DNA from: Chrysomallon squamiferum
Lineage: Eukaryota; Animalia; Mollusca
Assembly: GCA_012295275.1 (NCBI GenBank)
Contig: CM022666.1
Coordinates: forward strand, 6,696,001 to 6,760,000
Direction of reading: 5' to 3'
DNA: 64,000 nt
The translations under genes and the position numbers were made by a program. This document shows positions 1-15,068 of the stretch, piece after piece. Numbering within the stretch: the first letter of the stretch is position 1; each line of letters begins with the position of its first letter. The notes beneath the pieces were generated by a model that did no database searches, was not told where the DNA came from, and worked only from the letters and a program-made list of their open reading frames with translations.

Positions 1-483
1 AAATAAATACGTAAATAAATAAATAAACAAATAAATAAATAAATACGTAAATACATAAATAAATAAATAAATAAATAAATACATACATAAATAAAATAAT
101 AATAGTAATAATACTAATACTAATACTAATACTAATACTAATAATAATATTTATAATTATAATAATAATAATAAACAATCATAATTTAAATTAAAAGTAA
201 ATAATAAAATATTCATTTTTATAATTGATCATTTGGCTTTATATGTTAGTTGGTTTAATACAGATTTTTAAAGAAATATTAAAATAAATAAATGAACAAA
301 TTAAATCAATTAAAATAAAATAAGTCTAAATAAATAGTAAGTAAGTAAATAAATAATGCATAAATATATACACATATATAAACCTTTGAAAATACCGAAA
401 ATACATGCAAAAAAGAAAATAAAACATTTTCAAAATATAGTTAGGCTAATTTTTTGTAATGGAATAAAATTTCAACAAAATTC

Positions 484-813
484 AGAATTTCTAGGATACT
501 AAATATCAATGTATGATGGTATCAGGTAGAATTTCTAGGATACTAAATAACAATGTATGATGGTATCAGGTAGAATTTCTAGGATACTAAATAACAATGT
601 ATGATGGTATCAGGTAGAATTTCTAGGATACTAAATAACAATGTATGATGGTATCAGGTAGAATTTCTAGGATACTAAATAACAATGTATGATGGTATCA
701 GGTAGAATTTCTAGGATATTAAATAACAATGTATGATGGTATCATGGTATCAAATAACAAAGTATGAACTTCTAGGATTTCTAAATACTAAACAATGTAT
801 GATGGTATCAGGT
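484..813. repeat. 44-bp minisatellite, about 7 copies
   Basis: Unit gaatttctaggatactaaataacaatgtatgatggtatcaggta, starting at 485, 529, 573 and so on. Confidence 0.92.
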
Positions 814-828
814 AATTTTTTAACTCAC

Positions 829-931
829 CTAACGAAAAGAGTTCGTTTCTGCGTCGTTTTCAAACTTCCTGTGCTTGTATTCATCATCTGTTCCCTCAAA
901 TCTTGAATTTTTGCTTCAAATCTGTTATACT
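829..931 (-). CDS. dlg1: Discs large exon: PDZ3 alpha3 extension to SH3 start, [34 protein letters not shown](R)
   Basis: ttttcag acceptor, TAG|gtgagt donor. 103 nt, phase 1 to 2. Matches Dlg [18 protein letters not shown]...GSLRTSQKRSLYVR. Confidence 0.96.
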
Positions 932-938
932 CTGAAAA

Positions 939-981
<43 letters not shown>

Positions 982-1865
982 ACAAACAAACAAATAGGAA
1001 AATAAATAAGTAAATAAATAAATAAACAAATAAATAAATAAATAAATAAATATGTAAATAAATAAATAAGTAAATAAATAAGTAAATAAATATGTAAATG
1101 AGTGAACAAATAACAAAAATGAATGAGTAAATATAAATATAAAAAAATTAAGAAAATAAATAAATGAACAAATGAACAAATAAATAAATAAATAAGTAAA
1201 CTAAATGAGTGGATAAACAAAACAAAAAAATATGATAAATTAAAGTTATTTACTAACAAAAACAAACAAACAAACAAACAGTTTAAACTAACTAACTAAC
1301 TAAATAAACAAATAAATAAATAAGTAAAAAAATAAATCTCCATGTTTACTAATTTTCATTTCTGACTCTCAGTTAGAGTTTTCACAAAAACATTGTAAAA
1401 AAAAACAACATCCCAGTTCTTCAAACTTTTATCACCACAGATAACACTTATCACTTGAAACATTCTTCCAATTTAGAGTTAATCCAGTATTTAAACATCC
1501 AAGCTGATAGCAGATAAATATGCCATAGGAAGAGAAGAGAATTATTTACAAAATAAATACAGATAGCAACAGAATCGCCATGGCAACAAACCACTGCATT
1601 TCTTGTGAGTGTTCAGTCATGTTACTGTTGGTGGATACTCGTGTTCAAGCAAGTATTTGACTGACTAATATTAATGAGATAATTACACACAAGTGTGTGG
1701 TCAGTAAATTGCATGTGAATGTTTATTCATTAACGTTGTGAGCAAGAACGTTAATATGTACTAACCACAGTAAATAATAAATACAGATATATGAAATCTT
1801 TATGCATTTGTATACATCTTACCCATCACCTAACCTTCATTCTTTCATTTTTCTCTCCTTCCCCG

Positions 1866-1935
<70 letters not shown>

Positions 1936-2872
1936 CTCTTCTCTGTCCTCTTTTCTTTTTCTCTCTCACCCAAAATCCCACTGTCTGTCAGTTAGCAAGT
2001 CTATCTAAACCTTACTAAACTTATATTACTGTTATTACTAATTTAGTTTTTCAAGTAATCCATTTACATAGATATCCATAACATATATAATTAGCCAATT
2101 TCTGTCAATAAGCAGTCAATCAGCCACCATATGCTACATAATTTGTTATAAAATTACATACACACTGTAACATCATACAAAAATTGACCAAATTTAGCCT
2201 TACTTAATAGAGAACAAATATTCTCAACAAAACCCATCTGAAAAAAACCAACACAAAAAAACAAAAAAAAAAAAAAAAACGACAGACAATTTTACTAGAA
2301 ATGATTATATAAAATAAATAAAATTAGATAACTTTACCACTGTTGATCCTTCTCTTTATTTTCTGCATGGTCATTAAATTTAGCCAACTGACATTTAGCA
2401 AAACTGGCAACAGGATGTAGCAAACTAAATACACTCCAGAAACACAAAAATGTTGTCTTCTTTTGAATAACTCAGTTCCTTGCTCAATCACTGTTGACTC
2501 AACTAAGTTAGTTAACTGAGAAGACTTCTCAATCAATGTCAGTGACCACAAAGAACCCCAAATGACCACAAAGGTAAAAAGAAAAACTCAATTAACATCT
2601 GGTCACTTTTATCTTGTTAAGAGCAAGGGGTCATGGGATTACTTTAATCATCTGCTGACAATTGTTTTCAGTGAGATTAACTCACAGAATAAAAGCAGAG
2701 TTTGAGTTTTGTAATTGTGAATGTTAAAGGCATCTGTAAATAATACTTAGAAATAAAAACTGAACAAGTTACTATAGAGTATACAAATAAAAAAAAAAAA
2801 TAAATAAATAAATAAATAAATAAATAAAAAAATAAAAAAAAAATAATAATAAGTAAAAAAAATATATTAATC

Positions 2873-2913
<41 letters not shown>

Positions 2914-3058
2914 TAAATAAATAAATAAATAAAAAAGTTTTCCTTATTGTATATTATTCTGTAAACTCTGATGTACTTCAATCATTTTTACTATATTTAC
3001 AATTAGGAAAAAACTCACAACTTCAATGTAATGTAGTCTAATATAATGTAATAAATAA

Positions 3059-3097
<39 letters not shown>

Positions 3098-3251
3098 TTT
3101 TAATTTGTCTTGAATCTTAATTGTTCATTTCCTTTGCTTGAGAATATCTTAAATGTACAAACTTCCTTAGATATTATTTATATAACAGGTCCTTAACAGA
3201 AATATTTTTGGCCACATCAAGTATCTAAACATTTTTTTTTTTTTAATTTAG

Positions 3252-3291
<40 letters not shown>

Positions 3292-3324
3292 AAGAAAGAA
3301 AAAGAAAAGAAACTAAAAACATTA

Positions 3325-3363
<39 letters not shown>

Positions 3364-3804
3364 AAATTAATAAATAAAAATTAATAAAACAAAGATGAAT
3401 AAAAATCTGTAATTTCAACGTGCTAATATAAACTATATATCCCAGTCCACGACAAACTGACATGAATTTAGAAAAAAAAAAAATAAACCAACAATGCCCA
3501 TGAAAGGCAAACCTGGACCTTCAGAAAAATATCAGAGACAACAAAAGACACTTTTAAATTTCAGCAATAAATATTTAAACCCTCAACACCGAAACTTTAA
3601 CCTCAAACAAAACAGCAGTGCTTTAAAATTAAATCAACCTTGACATCAAAACAAAATTTACTTACTTGATGTAAAAAAACCACCTATTAAATCCACCACT
3701 TGCCAATTAAAAATATAAAATAAATGATAAGACACATAGACACAGATAAGCACATCTGTTTCTCCCCTGGTTTGGCCCCCCCCGGTGCTAGACCAGACTC
3801 TCAC

Positions 3805-3907
3805 CTTCTGGTTTATACTGAGCTACAATTTCTACGGTTTCCCCGGCTCCTTTCAGGGCCACTGCGGCCTCCTCGTGTGTGGCCCGCAATAAGTCTGTGT
3901 GAGGCAT
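3805..3907 (-). CDS. dlg1: Discs large exon: PDZ3 second part, [34 protein letters not shown](E)
   Basis: ttttttctcctatag acceptor, AAG|gtgaga donor. 103 nt, phase 0 to 1. Matches DL..A.HE.AA.ALK.AG.TV.I.AQYKPEE of Dlg PDZ3. Confidence 0.94.
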
Positions 3908-4625
3908 CTATAGGAGAAAAAACAACAACAACAATTAATTTTAAAATAAGAAGAACAACAACACCAGCTACAATAATAATAATAACAACGACAACAACAA
4001 GAATAAGAAGAATAAGAAGAAAAAAATGAAAAAGAAGAAGAACAACAACATAGGCAACAACAACAATAATAAGAAAAAGATGAAGAAAAACAACAACAAC
4101 AAGTATAAGAATAAGAATAACAGTAACAATAAGAATATTCAGTGGCCATTACATAAGGTAACAATATTCATTAAATGTCATAATATTTATTGTGTTGTTG
4201 CTGTTGTTGTTAATTATGGTGTTTTTATTGTTATTATTACTATTAATGTTGTCATTGCTACTTAATTTGTTGATGATATTAATATTATTGCTGTTAATGT
4301 TGTTATCATTGTTTATGTCATTAATATTATCATCACTTTAATTACCATTATATTTTATCACAATCCGAAGTTGTTATTCTCATTTTTTTTAATTATTATT
4401 ATTACTTTTGTAGTAGTTTTATTATTATCATTACTATTAAAATATTTAAAACTTTCCTATCACAAGATAATTTAAAAAAAAAAAACAAAAAAAAAAATTA
4501 AAATAAAAAAACAACATTTAGAAATTACATAACAAACATAAAGCATTTTCTTATTTACATCACACATACACACACACACCACCCCTTGAAACCACCCTAC
4601 ATACACCATCTCCATGACAACTCAC

Positions 4626-4797
4626 CCCTTGTGCTCCCACTGACAGAATCTGGTCTCCCCTCCTCAGTTCCCCACTCAGGTCAGCGGGCCCACCCGCCAG
4701 AATGAAGGACACGAAGATGCCCTCCCCATCTTCTCCACCCACAATGTTAAAACCCAGCCCAGTGGATCCTTTCTTTAGGGTTATTTTCCTCGGTTCC
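4626..4797 (-). CDS. dlg1: Discs large exon: PDZ3 first part, (R)[52 protein letters not shown][VGAQG]
   Basis: Nearly identical to Dlg1/PSD-95 PDZ3. tttcaacag acceptor, phase 2. There are two possible phase-0 donors: TCA|gtggga (exon end 4641) or the consensus GGG|gtgagt (exon end 4626). Confidence 0.95.
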
Positions 4798-4984
4798 CTG
4801 TTGAAATAGAAACAAGATTATTGTTAATAAACAGTTTCCGGTGTTGTTACTATTACAGTTTATTGTTGCTGTGGTTCTGTAGAATCTGTTGAAAAAAAGA
4901 TATTTCAGAATTTAGATGTGAAAACATGCATGAATGTAAAATTCATATATACATATGCACATACAAAGATAAATGCATAAATAT

Positions 4985-5015
<31 letters not shown>

Positions 5016-5203
5016 GATAGATGTATGCATACATATGCATATACACAGATATACATAATTATATGCATACATGCACAAATATAAACACATGAGAAATTAA
5101 GAAAGAAAGAGGGGCAATGTCAAATAAAAAAAATATATTAAAAAATTACATAATTTTCAAAAATTACTGTATTAACATTTATCACATACACACACAGACA
5201 CAA

Positions 5204-5234
<31 letters not shown>

Positions 5235-5585
5235 TAAACACACATAAATATATATATATACACAGACACAAATATATGTACACACACATACACAAATATA
5301 CACACACAAGACACAAATATACACACACAGACACAAATATACACGCACAGACACAAATATACACACACATACACACACAAAAATATATAAGCACACAGAC
5401 ACAAACATATACAAATATATTGGCTTTGAAGTCTTCTCAAATTTTAAAATATAATTACTTGATTAATAATGATGATATCAGAAGGAAATAACAACAACAA
5501 CCACAACAACAAAACATGTTTATTAAAGAGAAAAAAAAACACAAACTTTTTAAACTCATTTTTTACCTAAAACGCCATTAATCAC

Positions 5586-5669
5586 TTCACACATGCATTC
5601 TTTCAGTCAGTTCACACATGCATTCTTTCAGTCAGTTCACACATGCATTCTTTCAGTCAGTTCACACAT
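5586..5669. repeat. 25-bp tandem repeat, about 3.3 copies
   Basis: ttcacacatgcattctttcagtcag at 5586, 5611 and 5636. Confidence 0.9.
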
Positions 5670-5924
5670 CTACACATTCAATTACACTGCCAATTACAGC
5701 AGCACAGACACCTTAACAATCAGGACACCTCTCTCTCTAACAAACACATTACAAAAAAAAAGACAGGTTCTAAGCTTACAACATGTATGTCGTCTTAATT
5801 TTATTCCAACGCAGACACCAGACTGGGAAATCAATGCAGGAGACAATGGAAAGAACAGAGTAGAATAATACACTGCAGAAATGTCATGCACACACACACA
5901 ATAAAATAACAATTCTTTCATCAG

Positions 5925-5990
5925 AGCCGCGCGGCAGCCATTACCATGGCAACAAATGACCGTCTGAATGCCGGCAGTGGCATGCAGTCA
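5925..5990. promoter_or_regulatory. GC/CpG-rich element with an RFX X-box (ATTACCATGGCAAC, 5940-5953)
   Basis: GCCGCGCGGC next to an X-box in an otherwise very AT-rich intron. Confidence 0.4.
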
Positions 5991-6825
5991 CAAAAAGGTG
6001 ACAGTATTAAATAATCACATAATTGATGGGTGTGATGTGAAAGTAATGATACGGCAATCAGTCTGGGATCACGGGTAAGTGGGATCAATTCTCGGAGGTG
6101 GCAGATGGAAAATATTTTTAATTTTTAAATTTTTACTTGCTTATTTAATTATTTATTGACTTATTTACTAATTATTAATTCATTAATTAATTTTTTTTGT
6201 TTATATTTAATTACATTGAAGTATAAAAAGAAAAGGAAAAATATAAGGAAGGTAAGATGGAGAAAAAAGGAAAAAAAGAAAGATAGTGGAGGGAGAGTTA
6301 GGACGAGAAAGGGAAAGAAAAGAAAGAGAGAGGGAAGGAAACTAAAAGGGAGAGAGAGAGAGAGGTAAACAAATGAGTAAGGAAAGGGGAAACAAATGAG
6401 CAAAACAGCTGACAAGAAACAAAGAGACAATAAAAAAAGGGTGACTTATACGTACCCACTTAACAATATATAAACATACTGCCATTCAAAAAAGCACAAA
6501 TATATAAATACACTACCATTCAAAAAAACACAGACAGATAAACACACATATCTACATCAACACAGGAACAACACATAAACATACCACAATGACATGTATA
6601 CCAACACATAAACACACTAGCACGCATACAGATACACACATACATCCTCATACATCTGTCTTATAAAACAAATACATAAAAAGTAATGTGGCTTGGCCAC
6701 ATTATGTAAGTAAATGCATAAATATGTGAACACCTCTGTTTACACACACATCTCTACGGCAGTAAATGTGACAGGTTTAGTTCTCTGTAAATCAGGAGAA
6801 AGATCTCTTGTGTTGGTTGAAATAT

Positions 6826-7490
6826 TTGTCATGCAATAAACTTAATATCTACATACTTGTAACATAATTTAGATAGCTAGTGATATAGTATAGTTTTAAT
6901 AGTTGTCACGCAATAAATGTAATATCTATATACTTGTAACATAATTTAGATAGCTAGTGATATAATATAGTTTTAATAGTTGTCACGCAATAAAGGTAAT
7001 ATCTATATACTTGTAACATAATTTAGATAGCTACTGATATAATATAGTTTTAATAGTTGTAATGCAATAAATGTAATATTTACATACTTGTAACATAAAT
7101 TAGGTAGCTAGTGATATAATATAGTTTTAATAGTTGTAATGCAATAAATGTAATATCTACATACTTGTAACATAAATTACATAGCTAGTGATATAATACA
7201 GTTTTAATAGTTGTCATGCAATAAATGTAATATCTACATACTTGTAACATAATTTAAATAGCTAGTGATATAATAGTTTTAATAGTTGTCATGCAATAAA
7301 TGTAATATCTACATACTTGTAATATATTTTAGATAGCTAGCGATATATTATAGTTTTAATAGTTGTCATGCAATAAACTTAATATCTACATACTTGTAAC
7401 ATAATTCAGATACATAGTAATATAATATAGTTTTAATAGTTGTTATGCAATAAACATAGTGTCTACATACTTGTAACATAATTTAAATAT
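6826..7490. repeat. 77-bp minisatellite, about 8-9 copies
   Basis: gcaataaa anchor recurs at 6833, 6910, 6987 and onward. Confidence 0.9.
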
Positions 7491-7736
7491 CTGTTGAATG
7501 TTCAAAGCAATATAATGTAATTTATGTGAGGTGTATGTCTGCCTGTCTATATATGAGACAGACATTTTTGAGTATGGAAATTAGGCATCTACATACTCTG
7601 ATCTGTCTGTCTCTCTGTCTGTAAGTATGAGAGATATTTGACTAAGGAAGGTAGACTTTGCCAGACAGATATCTACTAATATCAGATAAAATTCTTTGAG
7701 TGCTTATTACCGTAGAGATTACAAATCTATCAATAA

Positions 7737-7779
<43 letters not shown>

Positions 7780-9077
7780 TGTATTTCACATATCAAGAAC
7801 TAACTAACTGTAAAAAATAATTAACCTGCTTCAGTTCAATAAAAATAAAAGTAATAATACTATTAACATCTTTAATTATAATAAAATTAACAAGAGCAAT
7901 AATAACCAAAAAAAAAAAAAAAAAAAAAAATGTAATAAAAGTAACAATGATAGCAAAAACAGTAGGAATAATAGTAGCAGTATAGTAATAGTAGTAAAAG
8001 TATTAGTGTAAGTATCAGTATCAGTAATAGTAGTAGTAGTAGTAGTAGTAGCAGCAGCAGTAGTAGTGGTGGGAGAAGAACTCTAGTAATAATAGTATAA
8101 ACAATGGTAACAGTAGTAAAAATAATAATAGTAATAACAATAATAAGTGTAATAGTAATAATAACAGCTGCATTAGTAACAACAGCAGTAATAATAATGA
8201 TGATGATGATGATGATAGCATTAATAACAAGAAGAAGAAGAAGAAGAAGAAGAAGAAGAAAAAACTTTAAAAAATATTTCAATAAGCCTGACGTTGCTCA
8301 AGAACAGTTTCAGACTTAAGGAAATTCATGTTACATCAGCACATTCAGTGAAGCATAAAAAGTGAAATGTGATGTCATGGTTACAGCTATTTGGTCACAC
8401 ATCTGTGACTCATGCAGTTATTTGTGTGTTGAGGGAAAGTGTCAAGACAAAGTCAGTGAGAAACTCTTCTGTTTCAATTTCCCAATAGAAACAGAAAAGA
8501 AAGAGAAACGAAACATTTTATTTAATAAAATGCACATTAAGATGTTGATGTGTTGCATTATGCATATCACTAAAAGCCATGCAGACAAAAAGAGAAGAAA
8601 CATGATCTTCTTCTATTTTTTTTATTTTTTTTTATTTTTTGCAGAAAGAAATCTTTCATGAACACCAACCCATCGATGGGAAAATGTTTACTACAGAATT
8701 TTATAAATTAATCAGACATTACTGCCTTGATAGGGAAACAGTCTGGATCCAAATAATATTTTTTTTTATTTTGAGAAAAATAAAATAAAATAAAATAAAA
8801 TAAAATAAAATAAAATAAATAAACAAAATAAAATAGCTCAGTTTTAAACATTTTCCTTATAGTTTTGAGAAAAACCCCATCTGATTACTGAGACGACCCC
8901 CTGACAAAACCATTGATCAGTATGTTAATATTAAATTTATACAGACACAATGAATAGTTTACACAGTGAGTCACATACTTAATGTTACCTGAGCTGAGGT
9001 TAATGACAGGTATGCTGTCACCAACACATGTGACATTTGTAATATTCTAGCTCTGTGTATATGATCCCTCATAATAC

Positions 9078-9131
<54 letters not shown>

Positions 9132-9801
9132 CTCTGTGTGTTTGTATAATCTGTAAGTGTGTATATATATGTATGTATTGGTGTATGTATTATATAAATG
9201 TGTATGTATGTATGTATGTAAGTATTCATATATTAACGCATGTATTATTCTGTTGATGTATTAATATCTTATATGTATGAGTGTGTGTATTTTATTATAT
9301 ATATCAGTAGCTATGTGTATGCTTATGTCTATATGTATTTATGTGTGCTCATGTGTATCTTTATGCATATATTTGTACATAAAGCAGAATATTTACACAC
9401 ACACAGACACATACACACACACAAATACATGTATTATTGATTTTCTTACAACAATTCCTGTGGTATGTAATTATTACTCCAAAGCTTAATTTACCTACTG
9501 CTATACCAATAATCAGCTGAACTATTTATAGACATTGTTATAAAAATAACCACTCACTGTGGTAACTGGAGAAATATTAATTTCATTTACTTATTTTAAG
9601 GACTATTAAAATGTTGTTCAGTCAAATGTATCTAAATACATTGTATATATATTTCTAAGTCTGGGGTGTGCAAACCAAGGCTTGTGAGGGATTTTAGTCC
9701 TGCCCACCAAATGAACTCTTGGATAGTAATTATTATATTAACTCCAGAGCAAAGCAGCTTCTCTTCCTAGCACCCCTTTTTGGTGCTCAATATTGAAGAC
9801 A

Positions 9802-9898
<97 letters not shown>

Positions 9899-11654
9899 AT
9901 CTATCTATCTACCTGTCTGTCTGTCTGTCTATATATACAATATATTTGATATCTTGGCCCTCCTCCAAAACACTGTACAGCTGTCTGGTCCCCCCCCCCC
10001 TCCCCCAGAAGGTTGCTGACCCCTATTCTAAGTTATTACTTTTTTTGGTTTCTTGTTAAATGGTTAAATACTGTGCTTATTTGTAAATTATGTAACTATA
10101 TATGCATATATTTATATATATATATATATCTTTTAAAATTATTATTATTATTTTTTTTTTAAATATGTTTATGGTTATAAATTATCTAAATGTTTTTTGT
10201 TCATTTAGATGTAATTTTGGGGGATATTTTTATTTTTATTTTATTTTTTTTTTGTCAAAATATCTCTTCTGGCATTTTAACAAATGGTTTCACGTAACCT
10301 CTGTTAGATAAATATATTTTTTAAAATTTTAAAAGCTAACTAAATAAATAAACAAAAATTTATATATCGCAGTTTATTTTCTACTGGTTTGACTTTCTCA
10401 AAAGAAATTTTATACGAAGAAAAACATTTTCGAAATTTTAATTGAAAAAGACAAAAAATATGTTGTATGAGATTATTTGGTTTGCTTTCAAAAAAGACTA
10501 AAACAAGAAATAAACACAGAAAACAAATATTTTCAAAAAGTGGAAAAAGAAAATTTAAATTAAAAAAAAAAAAAATCTGTTGCCTGACACCATTAACTTT
10601 GGTTACAAATCAGTGCATTGAGAGCAGCCATCTTGAAAAAGTCATGAATATGAAATACAGAGGAAACTATTTCAAGTTATTCAAATTCAATCAATACAGC
10701 TGAAAATGAGTGGGTTTTTTATTCCACTCTCAGGAACAAAAAAAAGAAGAAGAAAGTTTTCTTTTGATCTGGAAAGGAAAACAATATTTGAAAGGAACTG
10801 AGGCAGAAATAGCTTTGATTAAATGAGAAAGAGAGAGACAGACACAGACAGAGAGAGAGAGAGACAGAGAGAGAGCATTTATAAATATCAGAATATATTT
10901 ATTCAGTACATTCAGCAATGTTTTCCTTTTAACATCCATCATTCATCTATACAAATTATTGCAAAAAAAACACACAAACACACAAAAGAAAAAAAAATAA
11001 GAAATAATATCAAGAAGAAGAAGAAAAACAATAACAGCAATGTAAAAGTCCATCCATATTTTGACTGTTCGCCAGACTGTCTAGCAACCAATCCAATGAT
11101 CCATCCATGATCCATTTATTGACCTATCCATCCATTCACCCAAAAAACCTGTCCGTTCATCCATAAAAATCCATATACCTATCTGCTCATTAAAGCTAAC
11201 ACTTTCCGAAAGTCCTATAATTGTATTGGTTTCATTGATCATGTATGAAAACAAAGTCTGCAAAAAGTATTGATGGAACTGTCAAAAAGGATGTGGATAA
11301 GGAAAAAAAAAAAACTTCTTTGCCTAAGCAAGGTCATGTGTCTTGGCAACAAAGTCACAGAAGTCAAAGATAAAAAAAATAAAAATTGTCACTTTATGAA
11401 TGAGTGAGTGAGTGAGTGAGGAGTGAGTGAATTATTTTATCCTGATCAAAGAGTGGAGACATCAAGGAATGAAATGTTGAAGGTCATGTCAAGAATCTGT
11501 GGACTCATGGGAAATGAACTCATGCAGCAGAACTAAAGGAAACTGAAGCCTTGGGTGACATGAAAGAATTAAATATTCAGTCTCAAAAAATAAAAAAATG
11601 AAGAGAAGAAATATAGAAAGAAATGATCAGGAGTAAAAAAAATTGTGGAAACAT

Positions 11655-12660
11655 GCAAAATGAAGTACTGAAACGACAGAAGAATGAAGTACTGAAAAGA
11701 CAGAAGAATGAAGTACTGAAGAGAAAGAAGAATGAAGTAATGAAGAGACAGAAGAATGAAGTACTGAAAAGACAGAAGAATGAAGTACTGAAGAGACAGA
11801 AGAATGAAGTAATGAAGAGACACAAGAATGAAGATAAAAGACAGAAGAATGAAGTAATGAAGAGACAGAAGAATGAAGTAATGAAGAGACAGAAGAATGA
11901 AGTAATGAAGAGACAGAAGAATGAAGCTCTGAAGAGAAGAAGAATGAAGTAATGAAGAAAAAAAGAGAAATGAAGAACAGGAGACAGAAATGAAGTACTG
12001 AAACAGACAGGAATGAAGTACTGAAACAGACAGAGGAATGAAGTACTGAAGGAGAAGGAAGAATGAAGTACTGAAAGAGACAGAAGAATGAAGTACTGAA
12101 GGAGAAGGAAGAATGAAGTACTAAAGAGACAGAAGAATGAAATGCTGAAACAGACAGAGGAATGAAGCATGAAACAGACAGAGAATGAAGATAAGGAGGA
12201 ATGCTGAAAGAGAAAAGAATGAAGTCAAAGAGAAGAAGAATAAGTACATGTTTATTTTCAACAATAATAAGTCTTGGAAAGGAAGTGGATGTGACAAGAA
12301 TGAAGTGGAGAAGGAAGAATGAAGTTGAAAGCAGGAATGAAATGCTGAAGTGCATGAGAAGTGATGAAGAATGAATGTTCTGTTATGTGAAAAATAATTC
12401 TTGAAGTGCTGGATGTGACAAGAATGATGGAAGTTCAAGAATGATGTTCTGTATGTGAAAATAATGAAGTTCTGTATGTAACAAGAATAAAGTTCTCTAT
12501 GTGAAAATAATGAAGTTGTGTATGTGACAAGACCAAAGTACTCTCTGTGACAAGAATGAAGTTCTGAATGTGACAAGACCAAAGTACTCTCTGTGACAAG
12601 AATGAAGTTCTGAATGTGACAAGAATGAAGTGCTGGAAGTGACAGGAATGAAGTGCCGAA
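11655..12660. repeat. Degenerate ~24-bp purine-rich minisatellite (gaatgaagtactgaagagacagaa) grading into a gtgacaagaatgaagttct variant
   Basis: Produces the QKNEVLKR repeat ORF and the F/S/L-rich antisense ORFs in the track. Confidence 0.88.
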
Positions 12661-13518
12661 GCAGTAACCCCTGTGACACCCACACTGAAACACAGTGATC
12701 ATTTTGTGAATGTTGTTCTGTTAAATTCAATTAAGCTGTGACGTGGTTAGAAATAAATCAATAACATCCCGTCAATCTGTGTGTCTTCCTTTTTACATTC
12801 TCTTTGATTTCTGTCGTGCTTTACTATCATTTTGTTACCATGGTAATTTTAATTTTCAGTTTTAAAATGATCCACATTAATTCTGCACACAGAAAATGTT
12901 TGATGATTTAAACATTTTTAAATAAAAAATTAAAAAGACAAAAATTTTGAATTATAAAAATTAAGATCCCATAATTTAAATGTATTGGAAAGTCTAGCAT
13001 TAAGTCTAGTTTAAATGATAATAAATTATAACTGCAAACTATGTTATAGAATGGTACTATTTAACAATTTTAAAATATTAATAAAGGCTTTCAGTAAGTC
13101 TAGTTAAAATGATTTATAAATGTATTAAAAAGACTAGCAGTAAGTCTAAGTCTGTGATTTATTTACTATGACCTTAGTAGATCACCATGACAAAAGTTTA
13201 TCAAGTGTGAGTTAGACTTGCCCCCAGGCAAAAACAAATCTCTCTAAGTAGACAAAATAAGCCCATTAATAACTGGACTAAGACAAAGAAAGAAAGAAAA
13301 CAGAAAAGATAAAACAAAAACAGATCATGAAAATAAAACATTAAAGGGTAGATTTTGTTCAAGATTAAATATTAATGTTATAACTATTTTATAGTTAATG
13401 AACAAAATAAAAGAAAGAAAATTAATTTCTTGATTTGTAAATTTGCATTTCGCCAAGCAAGCACCAAATTGTAGTTGAAATGGAATTTTTTAAAAATTAA
13501 ACAAAGCAATAACTAATA

Positions 13519-13572
<54 letters not shown>

Positions 13573-13841
13573 AATAAATAAAAGTACTTTCTATATTACT
13601 ACTACTACTAGTAATATATATATATATATATATACAAAGAAATTAATAATAAAATAATACCAAAACAATAAAAATGAACAAACTAATAAACAAATAAATA
13701 AACCTCTAGTTACTGAAATGATCTGTTTTGTGTGTAAACTATCAAGTGTTCTCTCTCTGTACTTAACTTTCTGCTTGATTGCCTGTTTCTCTAATGAACC
13801 ATTCACCATGCCTCTTACAACTGGGCTATTTCAAGCACACA

Positions 13842-13876
<35 letters not shown>

Positions 13877-15022
13877 CATGATTTAATGTGTTAACAACAT
13901 AAACACAAAACACAAACACATCATTAAAACACACCATGGACGCCAGTGTTCAGTGTATGAACAAATCAGGACAGAGTTTGAACATAATATTATAGACTGA
14001 CACAGGAAATATGAACATGACCTTAAAATATGAATGTAACATTAACATATTAAAACAGAATAATTATCAACATAATATTAGCACATAAAAATAGGAATGC
14101 AACATTAGAACACAGTTTAATGCATTAAAAAACAGTGTGAACAAAACATTAAAATGTGTTAAAACACATAAATAGAATTTAAATACATTAAATATAAACA
14201 TAATATTAACACATTAAAATACAATGTAAACATAACAAACACAGAATGTAAATATTAAATATAACATAAAATACACTATATTAACAACATTCTGACACAA
14301 AATACACAGTTTCTAAAAATCACTTCATGAAAGTTTGAGAAATGTATAAATGTCTGAAAAAAAAAATTAAAGCACTGAAAGTCTGAAAAGAAACATAACT
14401 TTGAAAAAGTCTGAAAAATCAAAACTTCACAAAAAGTCTGAAACCCCATCCCCATAACATCACAAAGTCTGAAAAATCATAACTTCATAATCACAAAGAA
14501 CAAACATCACCAACATTCTGTTCAAAAACCTTGAATATTCTTAGCCAAGTTTATAAACACAACAACCCCACCCCCACCCCAAAAAACCCATCCATCACCT
14601 CAATGTGTCAAGCTTTCATTTCATCACATTTTAATCTTTAAAGAGTTTTGAATCTGATACCAGGGAGGGGAGGCAGTTTAATGAAGTAAGGGAATATTTC
14701 AGCTAAAGCATAAACCATCCCATCTTAAGATCTTAGTGCGTGTGTTCTTAGCTAGGCTGCAGTTGAAGAGAAAAACGTGTTTGTTCAATGTTAGTGTACT
14801 TCACCCAGACAGGTGAAAATTACTTATTAAGCATTCTGAAGTGCTGCGGCGAACTGTATACTGACATGTGGAATGAGAAAATGTGCGAGGATTTACCAAT
14901 TCACACATGTGTATGAATATATAAATATATATTCACAGGTATGTGTGAATCTGCATAGATACCTATACACATATACGTTTGTAAAGTTTATAAACATATA
15001 TATATATACACATACACACCTA

Positions 15023-15068
<46 letters not shown>

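Noticed and set aside
9660-9710. Possible hAT-like terminal sequence (ggggtgtgcaaac)
   Set aside because: Too short and degenerate, with no partner inverted repeat or target-site duplication found.
11178-11280. Good-looking acceptors (tttttgacag, tttttgcag) and a TAG|gtatat donor in the long intron
   Set aside because: The phase-2 frame hits TGA within a few codons and the peptide has no Dlg similarity. At most a poison exon, and unsupported.
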